Positions 17,862 to 29,482 of a DNA stretch of 64,000 bases are shown piece by piece (position 1 is the stretch's first letter; the number at the start of each line of letters is the position of its first letter). The translations under genes were made by a program, and so were the position numbers. Source of the DNA: a virus. Its lineage: Duplodnaviria; Heunggongvirae; Uroviricota; Caudoviricetes. The stretch lies in IMG/VR virus record IMGVR_UViG_2939521961_000011. One strand, written 5' to 3'. Under the pieces are notes generated by a model, which had not been told where the DNA came from, did no database searches, and was given only the letters and a program-made list of their open reading frames with translations.

Positions 17862-19190
17862 TCATTCTCCTGTTCTGCCTGTATCACTGCCCACTTCATC
17901 CAGCCCCTTAACATCCTGCCACGGCCCGTCACCAAACCTGACCTGCAAATGCTGAAACAGCCCCTGAACCTGTGTGGCATCTTTGGGGTCAAGAAAGGTC
18001 AGTCCGGTGATGAGCGCACCATCTGTACCCGGGAACCAGCCATTGCTGTTTGTCTCAATAATGCTCGCCGGCCCCAGACGAAAACGGATTTGTGTCTCCC
18101 CCGGGTCGCCCTTCGGTCCCTGAGGTCCGGTTGCCCCCACCGGGCCAGCCGCACCTGTTTCTCCTTTCGGTCCCTGTGGGCCTGCCGGGCCTGCCGGGCC
18201 TGCCGCACCGGTATCTCCCTTTGGACCCTGTGGACCTGCATTTCCCGTCAGACCGGTCTCTCCCCGCTCTCCCCTGTCGCCTTTCGGCCCCTGCGGGCCT
18301 GCCGGACCAGCATCACCTGCCGGTCCCCGTTCACCGGTTGCCCCGACAGGACCGGTGTCGCCACGCTCTCCTTTATCTCCCTTCGGCCCCTGAGGACCCG
18401 CGGGCCCCGGTTCTCCCTTTGGCCCGGGTGGCCCCACCACTGTGGGGATTCGGTTTACGGCTTCTTCCGCCGCTATCCTGCTTTGTTCCGCTGACTGTGC
18501 GCTTTCTGCTGACTCCCGGGCTTTTTCTGTTGCGGTCGTTGCATCCCTGGCTGCATTACCGGCTGCACTTTCTGCCGTCTTTCTTGACAATTCAGCTTCT
18601 GCTGCACTTTGTGATGACTCACTGGCTTTTTGAGCGGCCGCAGAAGCCGAGGACGAGGACGCATCCTCTGACTGCTTTGCTGAGGCTGCACTTTCTGCCG
18701 CCTGCCGGGCTGACTCCGATGCCTCCCCTGCTGAAGTGTCAGCATTTGCAGCGCTCTCTTCTGCCTGACTGGCTGATATGCCGGCATTCCTCGCTGACGT
18801 CTCCGCCTCTCCGGCATTCTTCTTCGCCTCCTCAGCGTGACGCGCCACCTCTTCCACCATCAGTTCAAAACGGCGCAGTGCCTCCGGCCGGACGTCATCC
18901 TCCGACATGGCACCGAGAAAATCATTCAGCGTACCGGGTTGAGAATCTTCATACACGGTGATGGTCCCGGCATGTGACGGCGGGAAGCCCTCCACCAACA
19001 GAATGACGCTGTACTGACCGTACTCAACGTCCATGCTGTAACGACCGGCTTCATCCGGATTTTCAGAGGCCACCGTGTTCACCACCACCGTGCTGCTGGT
19101 CCGTCTGGCTTTCAGTTGAATGGTGCAGTTCTCTACCGGTTTTCCTGTGCCGTCTTTCAGTACACCTGAAATCTTTACTGCCATATTCAC
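17862..19190 (-). CDS. stf: Side tail fibre protein with collagen-like Gly-X-Y repeats
   Basis: N-terminus [17 protein letters not shown] like lambda Stf; about 40 G-X-Y triplets; distinct C-terminal domain. Confidence 0.85.
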   Translation of the reverse strand: MNMAVKISGVLKDGTGKPVENCTIQLKARRTSSTVVVNTVASENPDEAGRYSMDVEYGQYSVILLVEGFPPSHAGTITVYEDSQPGTLNDFLGAMSEDDVRPEALRRFELMVEEVARHAEEAKKNAGEAETSARNAGISASQAEESAANADTSAGEASESARQAAESAASAKQSEDASSSSASAAAQKASESSQSAAEAELSRKTAESAAGNAARDATTATEKARESAESAQSAEQSRIAAEEAVNRIPTVVGPPGPKGEPGPAGPQGPKGDKGERGDTGPVGATGERGPAGDAGPAGPQGPKGDRGERGETGLTGNAGPQGPKGDTGAAGPAGPAGPQGPKGETGAAGPVGATGPQGPKGDPGETQIRFRLGPASIIETNSNGWFPGTDGALITGLTFLDPKDATQVQGLFQHLQVRFGDGPWQDVKGLDEVGSDTGRTGE

Positions 19191-19248
19191 CCCACAAAAA
19201 AGCCCGCCTGAAACGGCGGGCTGTCATAACACTGTGTTACCTGGCTAA

Positions 19249-19872
19249 TCAGAACTTATGACCGACCCCCACAATGAAACCGTCAGTGCGCCAGTCGCCA
19301 CTGCCGGAGCCTTCATAAGCAAGGTCAATAACCACCGTCTCTACGGGACTGAACTGAATCCCGGCATTCCAGGCCGTCGACAGATGACGCGCAGTATGGC
19401 CATCACTGGCGGTGGTGGTCTCCTTCACATACCCCGGTTTCACTTCATCACGCCGGTAATCCTGAACACTGTCAGACCAGCGGGTGTACGCCATCCCGGC
19501 CATGCCATAGAGACTGACCCGCTCACTGAGCTGCCAGACAGGGCCGGCCATCAGACTGACATAACGACCGCGCAGGCTTTCATAATGGAAGGTATTTTCA
19601 CCCGTCTTCATCGTGTCACTTTTCTTCACCGATGCATAACTCAGCGCGACAATGCCGCCCAGGTGATCCGTGAACTCATAACGGTATTTCACATTAATCC
19701 CTTTTAAATCACCTGCACGCGCACCGGTACCGGACAATGCCGGTACGCCGCCCGGGTGAACCTGAGCATATCCCACGGAAAATGCACCGTGTCCGCTTTC
19801 AGCCTGTGCAGGAAAGGCAATTCCTGCCAGCAGGGTAGTAAACAATAATATCGTTGCGTATAAATGCCGCAT
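19249..19872 (-). CDS. lom: Outer-membrane protein Lom (Ail/Lom family)
   Basis: Signal peptide, LKGINVKYRYE and C-terminal YEGSGSGDWRTDGFIVGVGHKF match lambda Lom. Confidence 0.9.
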   Translation of the reverse strand: MRHLYATILLFTTLLAGIAFPAQAESGHGAFSVGYAQVHPGGVPALSGTGARAGDLKGINVKYRYEFTDHLGGIVALSYASVKKSDTMKTGENTFHYESLRGRYVSLMAGPVWQLSERVSLYGMAGMAYTRWSDSVQDYRRDEVKPGYVKETTTASDGHTARHLSTAWNAGIQFSPVETVVIDLAYEGSGSGDWRTDGFIVGVGHKF

Positions 19873-19940
19873 GATTACCTCTTTGTTTTCAGTCAATAAA
19901 AAAGGCACCTCCTGAGGTGCCCGTCCGGGTTAATAAACCG

Positions 19941-22900
19941 TCAGCTGATACTGATCCCTGCCGTGGATTTTTTCATGACCACAACCAGTAAATCACTGAT
20001 GTACGTTGTCGGCGTCCAGTTGTTCGCACCGGCCGACGACACATTAAACGTCAGGGTGACATGACCCCGCCCTGCCGGCATATCTATCACCGATGAGAAC
20101 ACCCGGCTGACATCCGTTGCCGGTTCATGGAAAATCTCAACCCCGTTCTTCAGCACCTGCAGCTTACAGGTGGAATACCAGTACGACTGCTGATTCGGGC
20201 TGTTGAAATTCTGGTGTTTCGTCCCGCGAAACAGCACCGGGGGAATGATAATCTGCCGGTCGAAGCCCTGGTCATCGTAAACTGTGACGGTTACCGTCCC
20301 GCTGGCATAACTGTTATTCCGGGGAAAGGCTTTCCCCACCGTCTTCACCAGGTCGCCTTCAATCTGGTTTGCAGACAGTTTCCCTCTGATGACACAGTTC
20401 TCGTTAATGGTGACATTATTGAGCGTGCCGGTATTCGCGGTAATTGCTCCGCTGATATCCGCGTTCCTGGCTGTCAGCTTCCCTTCCGGCGTCAGGGAAA
20501 ACGTCGGGGGGTTGCCGGATGACGTGATACTCGCCGCAAACAGACGCTTCAGGAACACGTCGTTCATGAACAGCTGATTCCCCTGCGCCACAAATAACGG
20601 AGTGCTGTTGCCGCTCTCCGGATTTATCATCGCGATACGGTCAGCCAGCAGCAGTATGTTGCTCAGTGGCTGGCCATCAGTATCCTCAATCCCTGCACCA
20701 ATCCCGGCCACATAGGGAATGCCGTCTTTCGTTTTTTGAACCTTCAGCATGTACAGCGCAGCCAGGTCATCATTTGTGTCCTTCTGCACGCGCTGTATCT
20801 GCTGAATGGTGGCGCTCTGGTCTTCCAGCGTTTTACTGACCGTCTGTGTGATTTCATTGCGGGTTTCGGTGATGGTGGTCTTCATCTCCGCCATCTCATC
20901 CGCAAGCTGGCTGTTGTCTATCAGCTCCCATAGCCCCTGAGCCAGATGCAGTTTTCCTATTTTTTCCCGGAAAAATTCCAGATACCCTTCACCATCATTG
21001 CTGGGCTGCCCGCTGACTTCCACAAACGCAGATTTCCCCACCAGGTTGACGCTGCGCACGTAAAACCAGAAATCCTTCCCGGGCTTAATGTGCGGGCCGG
21101 ATACACTCCACTGACTGCCGGTCCCCAGATAACGGGCAGAGGTTTCCACCTGAGATGTATCTGCGATTTTTGTCTCCGAAAACCAGAACTCAAACTGTAC
21201 CGTCGGGTCATACACCGCAAGACGCGGGACCGCTGTTATCTGAAAATAGCCCGGTGTCAGCTCAATCGTGGCGGGTACCGCAGGTGCATTAATCCTGAAC
21301 GTGGTGGTGGCCGGTTCCCCCTGCTGGCCATAACTGTTAATCGCCCTGACCGTCAGGGTGTATTCCCCCGGCGGCAGACCGCTGAAACGGTGCTCTGTAT
21401 CCGCGGTGATGGCGGTGGTCACCAGACGGCTGTCTTCTCCGCTTCCGCTGGTCAGGCGCAGACTGAAGCGCACCCCCTTCACCACCCGCGGCGTGTCCCA
21501 TTTCACCTGCGCCAGATACTGCCCGTCAGCGGCGCTCACCTCCACCGTGAGATGCTGCACTGCCGGAGGGATGACGCTGTTCAGGGTGCCTGACTGCGGC
21601 TCAAAGCTGGCCCCGTTATCCACGATGGCTTCTTTTTCCGGCACATGCTGCACCGCCGTGATGGCAAAAGTGCCGTCCGTGTTTTCCCGGATGCAGACAC
21701 AGCGAAACAGGCGACGACGCAGTGACGGCAGGGAAAGCCCCCACACACCGTATGTCTCCACACCATCCGGCAGGGTACTGACCTGTATCCGGTCCGGCGC
21801 GGGGTGTGCAGTGATGGCCACGCTCACCGGCTTACCGCTGCCGTTAATCAGGTTCACCGTGGCGGCACCTGTCTCCGGCAGGGTCACCTCACGGTCCAGT
21901 GTCAGGGTGCGGCTGGCGGCATCGATGGACAGGATACGTCCGCCGGTCAGGGTCCCGGCATAGTCGTTATCACAGATTTCAATAATGTCACCGGGTGTGT
22001 GACGCAGCCCCTGTGACCCGAGCGTGAAATCCACCGTCTGCGTTTCCAGCAGTCCGGTCTTTATCACCCACAGCCCGGCACGGTGGGCCTGACCGCGACT
22101 GGTGCAACCGAACGCATCCATCTTCAGCAGGTTGCGCCCGTAGCGCAGTATGGCTTCCGGGTCTTCCACCAGTTCCGTGGAGGTCTGCCAGCCGTTCTGC
22201 GGGTCGGTGTAATTCACCTCCACCGCCGTGTGGCGGTCCTTCAGGGCGCTGAAGCTGTAGCGAAACCCCACGCCGTTATCATCCACCACCACATCGCAGT
22301 TGGTGTACGGCCACACCACATCCGACGGGCGGTCCTGAACGAACGTCAGCGTCTGGCCGTTCCATACCGGCATACAGCGCATCGCCGAGCAGAAATCACT
22401 GAGAACGTCCCACGCCTTACGCTGTTGTGACAGGTACGCATTAAAGGTCATCCGCGGCTCTGTGCCCCCGAAACCATCCGGGACCGTCTGGTCGCAGTAC
22501 TGCGCAATGGCATACAGCGCCCATTTGTCCACGTCTGCCGCCCCCAGACGTTTTCCCATGCCGTAGCGCGGGTGAGTCAGCATGTCCCACAGGCACCAGG
22601 CCGGGTTGTTGCTGTATGCCGGTTTCAGGCTGCCGTCCCAGATGCCGCTGTACGTGCGTTTTTCCGGGTCATAGTTTGACGGTACCTGGATGATGCGACC
22701 GCGGATATGGTAGTTCACCGTCATCTGCTGACCGCCAAACTGCTCCGCATCCACCTGCAGCCCCACAATCGCCGTGTTCGGGTAGCACTGTTTCACATCG
22801 ATGATTTCGGTGTATGACGACCAGAGCGTCTTATTCTGCAGCTGGTCCGTGGTGCTGTCCGCCGTCTCCCTGACCATCCGGATGTTAAAGGGGCGGGGAG

Positions 22901-23417
22901 GCAGATTATCCAGAATCACCGAAGCGAGGAACTGTGAGGTGGTCTTGCCGTTAATGGTGACATCCTTTTCCGTCACCCAGTTACCGTTACGCTGCAGCTG
23001 AATCAGCAGGCGGACGGATGCCGGGTTACGGTCACCCTGTGAGGTGGTCTGCACCAGTGACTGCACCCCGAAGGTGACCCGCAGGCGGTCAATGTTCGCG
23101 GACGTAATGGTGCGCGTCACCGGCTTTGCCTTCGTCACTTCCACGCCCAGTGCGGTTTCAGAGCCGGATGACTCAAAACCTTCCGGCGGTGTCTGCTCCT
23201 GCTCCCCGGCGCGCCAGACCGCTGTCACACCATGTATCACAGGATTACCGTCCGTGTCCGTCAGCGGGGTTTTGTTCACCAGAATACTCTGCAGCCCCTT
23301 CACCGGACCTTCAATCGGCCCTTCACCAATGGCGTCAATCACGCTCATCATCTGCGTGGACTTAAGATTGTCCTTTGCCTCTACCGGCGTGTGCGCCCTG
23401 CCGCCACCTTTACCCAC
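19941..23417 (-). CDS. J: Tail tip / host-specificity protein J
   Basis: 1158 aa directly after gpI; size and position as lambda gpJ; fibronectin-like central region. Confidence 0.95.
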   Translation of the reverse strand: MGKGGGRAHTPVEAKDNLKSTQMMSVIDAIGEGPIEGPVKGLQSILVNKTPLTDTDGNPVIHGVTAVWRAGEQEQTPPEGFESSGSETALGVEVTKAKPVTRTITSANIDRLRVTFGVQSLVQTTSQGDRNPASVRLLIQLQRNGNWVTEKDVTINGKTTSQFLASVILDNLPPRPFNIRMVRETADSTTDQLQNKTLWSSYTEIIDVKQCYPNTAIVGLQVDAEQFGGQQMTVNYHIRGRIIQVPSNYDPEKRTYSGIWDGSLKPAYSNNPAWCLWDMLTHPRYGMGKRLGAADVDKWALYAIAQYCDQTVPDGFGGTEPRMTFNAYLSQQRKAWDVLSDFCSAMRCMPVWNGQTLTFVQDRPSDVVWPYTNCDVVVDDNGVGFRYSFSALKDRHTAVEVNYTDPQNGWQTSTELVEDPEAILRYGRNLLKMDAFGCTSRGQAHRAGLWVIKTGLLETQTVDFTLGSQGLRHTPGDIIEICDNDYAGTLTGGRILSIDAASRTLTLDREVTLPETGAATVNLINGSGKPVSVAITAHPAPDRIQVSTLPDGVETYGVWGLSLPSLRRRLFRCVCIRENTDGTFAITAVQHVPEKEAIVDNGASFEPQSGTLNSVIPPAVQHLTVEVSAADGQYLAQVKWDTPRVVKGVRFSLRLTSGSGEDSRLVTTAITADTEHRFSGLPPGEYTLTVRAINSYGQQGEPATTTFRINAPAVPATIELTPGYFQITAVPRLAVYDPTVQFEFWFSETKIADTSQVETSARYLGTGSQWSVSGPHIKPGKDFWFYVRSVNLVGKSAFVEVSGQPSNDGEGYLEFFREKIGKLHLAQGLWELIDNSQLADEMAEMKTTITETRNEITQTVSKTLEDQSATIQQIQRVQKDTNDDLAALYMLKVQKTKDGIPYVAGIGAGIEDTDGQPLSNILLLADRIAMINPESGNSTPLFVAQGNQLFMNDVFLKRLFAASITSSGNPPTFSLTPEGKLTARNADISGAITANTGTLNNVTINENCVIRGKLSANQIEGDLVKTVGKAFPRNNSYASGTVTVTVYDDQGFDRQIIIPPVLFRGTKHQNFNSPNQQSYWYSTCKLQVLKNGVEIFHEPATDVSRVFSSVIDMPAGRGHVTLTFNVSSAGANNWTPTTYISDLLVVVMKKSTAGISIS

Positions 23418-23662
23418 TCTGTCCCCCTCTCCTGTCTGATGTCTGAATCTGTTTATGCCCCAAAAACGACAGGCACCCCGGAGGGTGCCTGTGTCATGAC
23501 GGAATAAAATTTCTGAATTTCTTCACATTTTCTGTACGCCCCGTGGCAGATATCATTCCCGGGCGTTACAGTTTTTTCGGGCCAATAAAAACAAAACCCC
23601 CTGTGGTTAATCTTCATTTTCTGTTCCCGCAGCCTCCATACACTGCGGGATTTTTTTATGCT

Positions 23663-24343
23663 TTACCCCTGCCGCCCGATAACCACCACCTTCCCGCCAC
23701 CACCTTCATCACGGGTGCTGATGTCCTGGGAGATTCGCCGGGAGCCAACCAGCATTTCACCGTAAGGCACCGGCATCGGGTTCCCCTGGGCAATCATGTT
23801 GTCCAGTGACGAAAAATACGTGTTCTGTTTACCGTTATCCGTACTTTTGTACTCCGGCGTCTTTGCCTTCGGGGCCAGCATCTGGGCCACACCGCCCAGT
23901 ATCATGCTGGCCCCCAGTGAAAACAGCATCGTGGTGGCAGAAAAACCGCCGGCTGCCAGGGCTGAACCCCATAACGCCATCGTTGCGCCGGCGGTGAAGA
24001 AAGAGCCCACGATGGCTGCCGCCCCCAGCACAATCTGCAGTCCGCCTTTCCCTGCACCGGCCAGTCGCGGCACAATATGGATGACCGTTCCCTCACCCAG
24101 TTGTTCGTGAAGGCGGGCATACACCGCCTCCGGTGCCATGTCTTCACCGGCAATACGTATCTGGTACCAGCCTTCGTTCATCTGACGGCGGAATCCCGGC
24201 ATCTGCATCGACAGGGCACGGATGGCTTCCGCTGCCGTGTTCACATACAGGCTGAGGCGGCGGCCAAATCGTTGCAAATCCCCGTGAAGGCAGATGCGTG
24301 CCAGTGGCGGTGACGCCAGACAGAATGCGTTCGTCGTTGCCAT
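23663..24343 (-). CDS. I: Tail assembly protein I
   Basis: 226 aa, position and Gly/Ala-rich hydrophobic C-half as lambda gpI. Confidence 0.85.
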   Translation of the reverse strand: MATTNAFCLASPPLARICLHGDLQRFGRRLSLYVNTAAEAIRALSMQMPGFRRQMNEGWYQIRIAGEDMAPEAVYARLHEQLGEGTVIHIVPRLAGAGKGGLQIVLGAAAIVGSFFTAGATMALWGSALAAGGFSATTMLFSLGASMILGGVAQMLAPKAKTPEYKSTDNGKQNTYFSSLDNMIAQGNPMPVPYGEMLVGSRRISQDISTRDEGGGGKVVVIGRQG

Positions 24344-24984
24344 TTTTCGGAATACCTCTCCCGTTTACTCAGTTGTTCAGGCAGATGGTGAAGCAGTTCA
24401 CCGTTGCCGCAGTAAATGGCGGCATGATTGGCCACCGATGCGCCAAAGCAGCACAGCAGGATATCGCCCGCCTGTGCAGAGGACAGGGGCACCCGGTAAA
24501 AGCCGGTGACCGCCATATTGTCCAGGTAAAGGTTCTGACCGTTGCGCCACCAGTCATCCTCACGCTCAAAATCCGGCATATCAATTCCCGCCAGATGGTA
24601 TGCATCCCGGAACAGCGTGTAACAGTCCGTCACCCCGTGCTCAAAGCGCCGTCCTGTCAGATGTGGCACACAGCGGAATTTATGAATTTCCCCCCGGCAG
24701 ACCAGCCACCAGGACAGTGCACTTTTTATCTGCAGCCGCCGGTCAGCCTCGCTCAGCCAGGGCAGCCCACCGGGATGACTGTGGACCAGTGCCACAATCT
24801 CCCCCTGCATCTCTGCCCGCAGCCAGTCTTCCGGTGCGATACGAAAATACGCCTCCGGCTCTGCAGAAATATTCACACAAGGGATATACCACTCCCCCTC
24901 CGGCGTGCTTATCACGAAGCCGCACGACTCCGCAGGCGCACACCGCCGGGCATGCGCCAGAATCGCTGATTCTGTCTGTGTCAT
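24241..24984 (-). CDS. K: Tail assembly protein K (MPN/JAB plus NlpC/P60 domains)
   Basis: VHSHPGG JAB motif and a Cys/His peptidase-like C-half; lambda gpK order. Confidence 0.85.
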   Translation of the reverse strand: MTQTESAILAHARRCAPAESCGFVISTPEGEWYIPCVNISAEPEAYFRIAPEDWLRAEMQGEIVALVHSHPGGLPWLSEADRRLQIKSALSWWLVCRGEIHKFRCVPHLTGRRFEHGVTDCYTLFRDAYHLAGIDMPDFEREDDWWRNGQNLYLDNMAVTGFYRVPLSSAQAGDILLCCFGASVANHAAIYCGNGELLHHLPEQLSKRERYSEKWQRRTHSVWRHRHWHASAFTGICNDLAAASACM

Positions 24985-24989
24985 TGGAT

Positions 24990-25688
24990 TTACTGCGAAA
25001 GTTTGTTAATGGAAAGGAAACCGCCAAAATTAGCCACCATGCCGCGCATCTCACACCCGCGCATGCACTTGCTGCATCTGTCCTTACGGATATCGGTGGT
25101 GGGTTTATCGAACTCATCCGCCACCGCAGGACCGTTATACCCGCATTCATCTCCCCGGTAATCCCACATACAGGTGTTCGCCAGCATGATGCGACCGGGA
25201 AACAGCGCCCCATCCGTCTCGGTCGGTGTAGCCAGCACAAACGAGGCCGTCATGGCTGTCAGCTGCGACATCTGCTCCACCACCCAGCGGTCACTCAGCT
25301 CCTGCTCCGGGTCCGCCTCCGGATTGCCCGCAACGAAATTCACCGCATCCAGAAAACGCGCATACACCCGGCGGCGGACCACCGTGGCCCCCACCAGGCT
25401 CTGCAGGTCCTCCGCCATTCCGGTGACCAGACCGAACAGATTCGACACCGTCAGCGACGGGCGGGCACTGCTGCCCTTCCCGTTCATCTCAAAGCCACTG
25501 CCGTCAATCGGGTATGCCTGATATTGCCGCCCCTGCCAGGTAACCGCCTCCCCTTTTTCATTCAGCTCATTGCAGAAAAAATACCGCTCACCACCCTGTA
25601 CCGTCAGGTCGATTTCCCAGAGTACCACCCGCGGTGACTGCTCTGATTTAACCGACTCGTTCAGACTTTCTTCGTGAATATCCTGCAT
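24990..25688 (-). CDS. L: Minor tail protein L
   Basis: 232 aa, same length and position as lambda gpL; C-terminal Cys cluster. Confidence 0.9.
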   Translation of the reverse strand: MQDIHEESLNESVKSEQSPRVVLWEIDLTVQGGERYFFCNELNEKGEAVTWQGRQYQAYPIDGSGFEMNGKGSSARPSLTVSNLFGLVTGMAEDLQSLVGATVVRRRVYARFLDAVNFVAGNPEADPEQELSDRWVVEQMSQLTAMTASFVLATPTETDGALFPGRIMLANTCMWDYRGDECGYNGPAVADEFDKPTTDIRKDRCSKCMRGCEMRGMVANFGGFLSINKLSQ

Positions 25689-26017
25689 CAGTTCACCACC
25701 TGCTTAAACTCCGCGCTGAATTCAACCCGCAGCATGCGAACCCGTGATGACCAGGCGGCACAGGTCACCTTTATCTGCCGCCAGGCATAAGGCGGTGTCC
25801 ACAGAAACGCCTTCCAGCCACCGTGCTCTGCCAGGAATGCCTCCAGATGTCGGGCCTCCTCCCGGGTCACGGAAAGCGTCACACGGTATGTTTTCAGGTC
25901 AGCATTCAGCCCCGCCGCCATACGCTGCGAATACCCGTCACCAAAACGCACTTCACGCACCGATGGCTGCGAGTTCACCTCCATATCCGGCTTCACTTTC
26001 CAGCGAAATGTTTTCAT
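25688..26017 (-). CDS. M: Minor tail protein M
   Basis: 109 aa, same length and position as lambda gpM. Confidence 0.9.
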   Translation of the reverse strand: MKTFRWKVKPDMEVNSQPSVREVRFGDGYSQRMAAGLNADLKTYRVTLSVTREEARHLEAFLAEHGGWKAFLWTPPYAWRQIKVTCAAWSSRVRMLRVEFSAEFKQVVN

Positions 26018-28626
26018 CGCCTGCCTCCGGAAAAGACGCCGCCATCACGCATCTGCGCCTGAATCTCATCCTGCGCCCCCTTGCGGGCCATGTCATACAC
26101 CGCCTTCATCAGCTGCGGCCCCGCCTGTCCGTTGGTGCCGTCGTTCTGAATCACCACGTGATTGTTCTGATTAAAACTAATGCCTTCCGCCCGCCGCATC
26201 TGCGCCGGACTTCCGGCACCGCCCACATAACCACCTTCCGCATACCCGCGCATCAGACGATACAGGTTGCCGACGCCAATCCGGCTGGTTGCCTCCTTCG
26301 TGAAGACAAACTCCCCGCGGTGGACAATACCGGCAGGTTCGTATTTGCCACCGGTTCCCGTAAATCCTCCGGTCGCGAAATGGAAGTTCGCCGCCGCAGC
26401 CTGAATGGCCGTCCCCGTGGAGGCAGACGCCCCACCACCGAAAGCACCACCCATGGCGCTGCCAATACTCCCGACAATCCCCACCATGGCCTGCTTCAGA
26501 AAAATCTCTGTCAGCATGGAGAGCACAGAACGGGTGAAACCACGCCAGCTCTGTTCGCTGCCGGTCAGCATCGCTGCCATATTCTGTGCAATACCGTCAA
26601 AGGTCTGCGTGGCCACGCTTTTAACCTGCGAAAAACTGTCCGTCGCACTTTCTGCCCACTCGCCCCAGCCGGACTTCAGACCGGCCATCCAGCTTCCACG
26701 AAGCTGCTCCTCCGCAGACCAGGTGTTCTTCAGTGCAGATGTGGCCTTCGCCAGCGCATCCGGATTATCACCGTACACGTCACGAAGGCGCTGCTCTTCC
26801 GACTCCCGCTGCACCTGACGGTCGGTGAGGCCCCGCGCCTGGGCACTGATTGCCGCCTGCTTCGCGCCCTGCTGCTGCTCAAACCGCGCAGCCTGCTGTG
26901 CCAGCTCATTCAGCCGTTTCTGGTATTCAACCTTGTCGCCCAGCTCAGCCAGCTGGCGTTTGTACTCCAGCGTCTCGTCTTTATGCGCCAGCAGGGATTT
27001 TTCCTGCTCAGATAACTGTCGTTTCGTGGCAGCCTCTTTCAGGACCGCATACTGACTTTCCGCCTTCCATAAATCACGGCGCTGCCGGCTGATTTTCTCA
27101 TTCGCACCGCTGTGTTTTTCCAGCGTCCTGAGCTCAGCTTCAAGGGCAAGCAGAGCCTCTCTTGCCTGCTCCTCTTCCCTCTCCCCGGCAGAGCGCGTTT
27201 TCGGTGATGTATGCTTTTTACCTGTCAGCTCTTCAGCCAGACGGCTGACGGCTTCCTGCTGCCCCGGACCTTTGCTGACGCCTGTTGCACGCGAACGGTT
27301 GATGTACCCCATTTCCCCCTGGCGTATACGCGCATCCCGTTCCGCAATGGATTTTCTCAGCGCCAGTTCATCGCGTTTTGTTTTCTCAATAAATACGCGG
27401 TTCTCTTCTGCCAGTTCACCAAACAACGCACCAACGCCGGGCACATTCTTTGTCGTTTCCCAGGCTGACTGAATAAATTCAGCCAGCGCCAGATCCCCCT
27501 GCACAAGCAGCAGCTTCACTTGTTCAACGGTTCCGGCCACCACGTCAGTGATCAGACTGAGTGCCCCCAGTGTATGATCACCTATCCATGCCCATGCGTC
27601 AGAAGTCCAGGTTTTAACATCGTCCCAGATTTTTTCCACCGGCGTGGCCGCTTTATCAAGTTGCTCCAGACGTGCATTCATGACATCCGCAAACAGGGAC
27701 ATCGCCTCCGTCACCGCAGCCTGTTTACCTTTCGTGCGCTCAAGCTCATCAATATGGCGTAACTGGGAAACGCTCAGGAAGTTATACTGCTGATTCAGGG
27801 AGGCCAGCGCCTTCACCGGATCTGCTGCAATCCCTTCAAAGGCTTTTTCCACCTTCCCGGCATCGTCCCCCACCGTCTGCAGCCATCTCTGAGAGGTTTC
27901 CCCCATGATCCGTAGCTGCCCGGCGGTATATTTCCCGCTTTCTGCCAGACGGGCCAGATTTTCTGCCGCCTGTCTGATACCACCACCGGCTTCATCGCTG
28001 ATCACCCCGGCCATTTTCCACAATTCTGCCGTTGTGGTGGCAGCCGCCCCTCCGGTCAGGATCAGTGAACGCAATAAGGCCCGGTCAGCCTGCTCTGCCT
28101 GCCAGGCGGCGGCAGCAAGCGCGGCCAGTACGGCAACCCCGCCACCTGCCGCCACACGGGCCACCGACATAAATCGTCCCAGCTCACCGGCATTCCGGGC
28201 ATTTTCAGCCAGTGCATTTGCCGTATCTGACAGCGACTCCTCTGATGATTCAGAGGCATCCCTGATCCCGAGAAGTTCCTCCTTCAGCAGGGTAAGCAGG
28301 CTGAGCGGTCCACCGAATGAATCGCTGATCTGCCCCCCCTGCTGCAGCATGATAAGGAAGGGATTCTGACCACCGGCAAGCTGAGTGACAATATCCGTGA
28401 ACTGTGCGGGCAGTGTGCGCATGGCAGCCTTATACTGTCCGACTGATATCCCGGCTTTTTGTGCCGCCAGCGCCTGTCGGCTCAGCCCCTGTTCAACAGT
28501 ACTGGCGGTTTTTCTGGCATCCGCCTCCAGACTGGAAAAATGACGGCGTACCCGGGCCATCTGTTCATCAAACCGGGCCGCATCCAGACTCAAATCAATA
28601 ACCAGATCACCCGCTGGCTGGGACAT
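26014..28626 (-). CDS. H: Tail tape-measure protein H
   Basis: 870 aa, alpha-helical Ala/Gln/Glu-rich with Gly-rich C-terminal part; lambda gpH position. Confidence 0.9.
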   Translation of the reverse strand: MSQPAGDLVIDLSLDAARFDEQMARVRRHFSSLEADARKTASTVEQGLSRQALAAQKAGISVGQYKAAMRTLPAQFTDIVTQLAGGQNPFLIMLQQGGQISDSFGGPLSLLTLLKEELLGIRDASESSEESLSDTANALAENARNAGELGRFMSVARVAAGGGVAVLAALAAAAWQAEQADRALLRSLILTGGAAATTTAELWKMAGVISDEAGGGIRQAAENLARLAESGKYTAGQLRIMGETSQRWLQTVGDDAGKVEKAFEGIAADPVKALASLNQQYNFLSVSQLRHIDELERTKGKQAAVTEAMSLFADVMNARLEQLDKAATPVEKIWDDVKTWTSDAWAWIGDHTLGALSLITDVVAGTVEQVKLLLVQGDLALAEFIQSAWETTKNVPGVGALFGELAEENRVFIEKTKRDELALRKSIAERDARIRQGEMGYINRSRATGVSKGPGQQEAVSRLAEELTGKKHTSPKTRSAGEREEEQAREALLALEAELRTLEKHSGANEKISRQRRDLWKAESQYAVLKEAATKRQLSEQEKSLLAHKDETLEYKRQLAELGDKVEYQKRLNELAQQAARFEQQQGAKQAAISAQARGLTDRQVQRESEEQRLRDVYGDNPDALAKATSALKNTWSAEEQLRGSWMAGLKSGWGEWAESATDSFSQVKSVATQTFDGIAQNMAAMLTGSEQSWRGFTRSVLSMLTEIFLKQAMVGIVGSIGSAMGGAFGGGASASTGTAIQAAAANFHFATGGFTGTGGKYEPAGIVHRGEFVFTKEATSRIGVGNLYRLMRGYAEGGYVGGAGSPAQMRRAEGISFNQNNHVVIQNDGTNGQAGPQLMKAVYDMARKGAQDEIQAQMRDGGVFSGGRR

Positions 28627-29068
28627 ATCTCACACCTCCGTAAATCCCCGCTGAAGCCATCATTAATGCAACATCATCCTCGCTGACATCCACCACATCC
28701 GCAGAAGGTGAAATATCGCGCCCTCCGTCCCCTCCGAACCGGACGCCTCCGGCAACTCCTGTCGCTTTCTGCATCAGCATTTCTTCCTCGTCCGGCATCT
28801 CCGTCTGCTCTTCCTCACACGCTGGAGCAAGCAGACTGAAATCCGCCGGATGCATATCCGGATCGCCAAAAAACAGGCTGAGTACGGCGTACATCAGCCC
28901 GGAAAAATGAGCGTCCAGTTGGGTATCCTGAAAATAATGCGTGCAGTAAAAACGTCGCCAGTCGGCATATTCGGTGGATGTCATCCCGGCAAGCATGGCG
29001 CGCCAGTCGGGTCTCCCCATCTCTCGCGCCAGTTTCAGGACAAAGTTCAGCTCGCCTTCGAATGCTTT
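28607..29068 (-). CDS. T: T-frame portion of the G-T tail assembly chaperone fusion (-1 frameshift product)
   Basis: ORF in the -1 frame relative to G, entered at the slippery heptamer A AAA AAG at 29065..29071; overlaps the H start. Confidence 0.7.
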   Translation of the reverse strand, partial: KAFEGELNFVLKLAREMGRPDWRAMLAGMTSTEYADWRRFYCTHYFQDTQLDAHFSGLMYAVLSLFFGDPDMHPADFSLLAPACEEEQTEMPDEEEMLMQKATGVAGGVRFGGDGGRDISPSADVVDVSEDDVALMMASAGIYGGVRYVPASG

Positions 29069-29469
29069 TTTGATGTTACCGGCTCAGTCGCTTCTGCTTT
29101 CCCGGTTTGTTCAGGATCGGCATCGTGCCGGTTATCCAGCATACCTGAAAGATAAAGCACCCGGTTCGTTGCCTGATTCAGTGCATCAGCAGGCCATCCC
29201 AGCATCACTTCACGGCGGATCTGCTGCATCTCTGTCTCCGGAGAGGCCAGAGTGCCTTTGAGGGAATGGGAATGCCATAGCGACATCGCCACAAGCAGGG
29301 ATGCCGTTTCCAGATATCGCTGGTTAATGTGCACGACATCATGCTTCGTTGTCTCCTGTTGTTCTGCGTCTGAAACAAACTTTATATAATCAAACCGCTG
29401 CAGCGCAGACAATTCGGAAAGCGTGACGGACACACCGTTATATTCAAATTGTTCTGTTTTCAGAAACAT
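29047..29469 (-). CDS. G: Tail assembly chaperone G
   Basis: 140 aa between V and T/H; contains the slippery site near its 3' end. Confidence 0.85.
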   Translation of the reverse strand: MFLKTEQFEYNGVSVTLSELSALQRFDYIKFVSDAEQQETTKHDVVHINQRYLETASLLVAMSLWHSHSLKGTLASPETEMQQIRREVMLGWPADALNQATNRVLYLSGMLDNRHDADPEQTGKAEATEPVTSKKHSKAS

Positions 29470-29482
29470 GTATTACCTCCGT

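Noticed and set aside
17577-18961. Plus-strand ORFs (305 aa and 289 aa) opposite the collagen-like fibre gene
   Set aside because: Artefact of the GC-rich triplet repeat; Pro/Arg/Ser/Leu-rich translation with no motif.
20946-21963. Long plus-strand ORFs (215 aa and 201 aa) inside the J gene
   Set aside because: Antisense to a well-supported tail gene; Arg/Pro/Cys-rich, unprotein-like composition; typical shadow ORFs.
24600-25637. 345-aa plus-strand ORF across the K and L genes
   Set aside because: Antisense to lambda-like tail genes with strong identity on the minus strand; unprotein-like composition.
25744-27015. 423-aa plus-strand ORF across the M and H genes
   Set aside because: Antisense to tape-measure and tail genes; Arg/Pro/His-rich low-complexity translation; no RBS.
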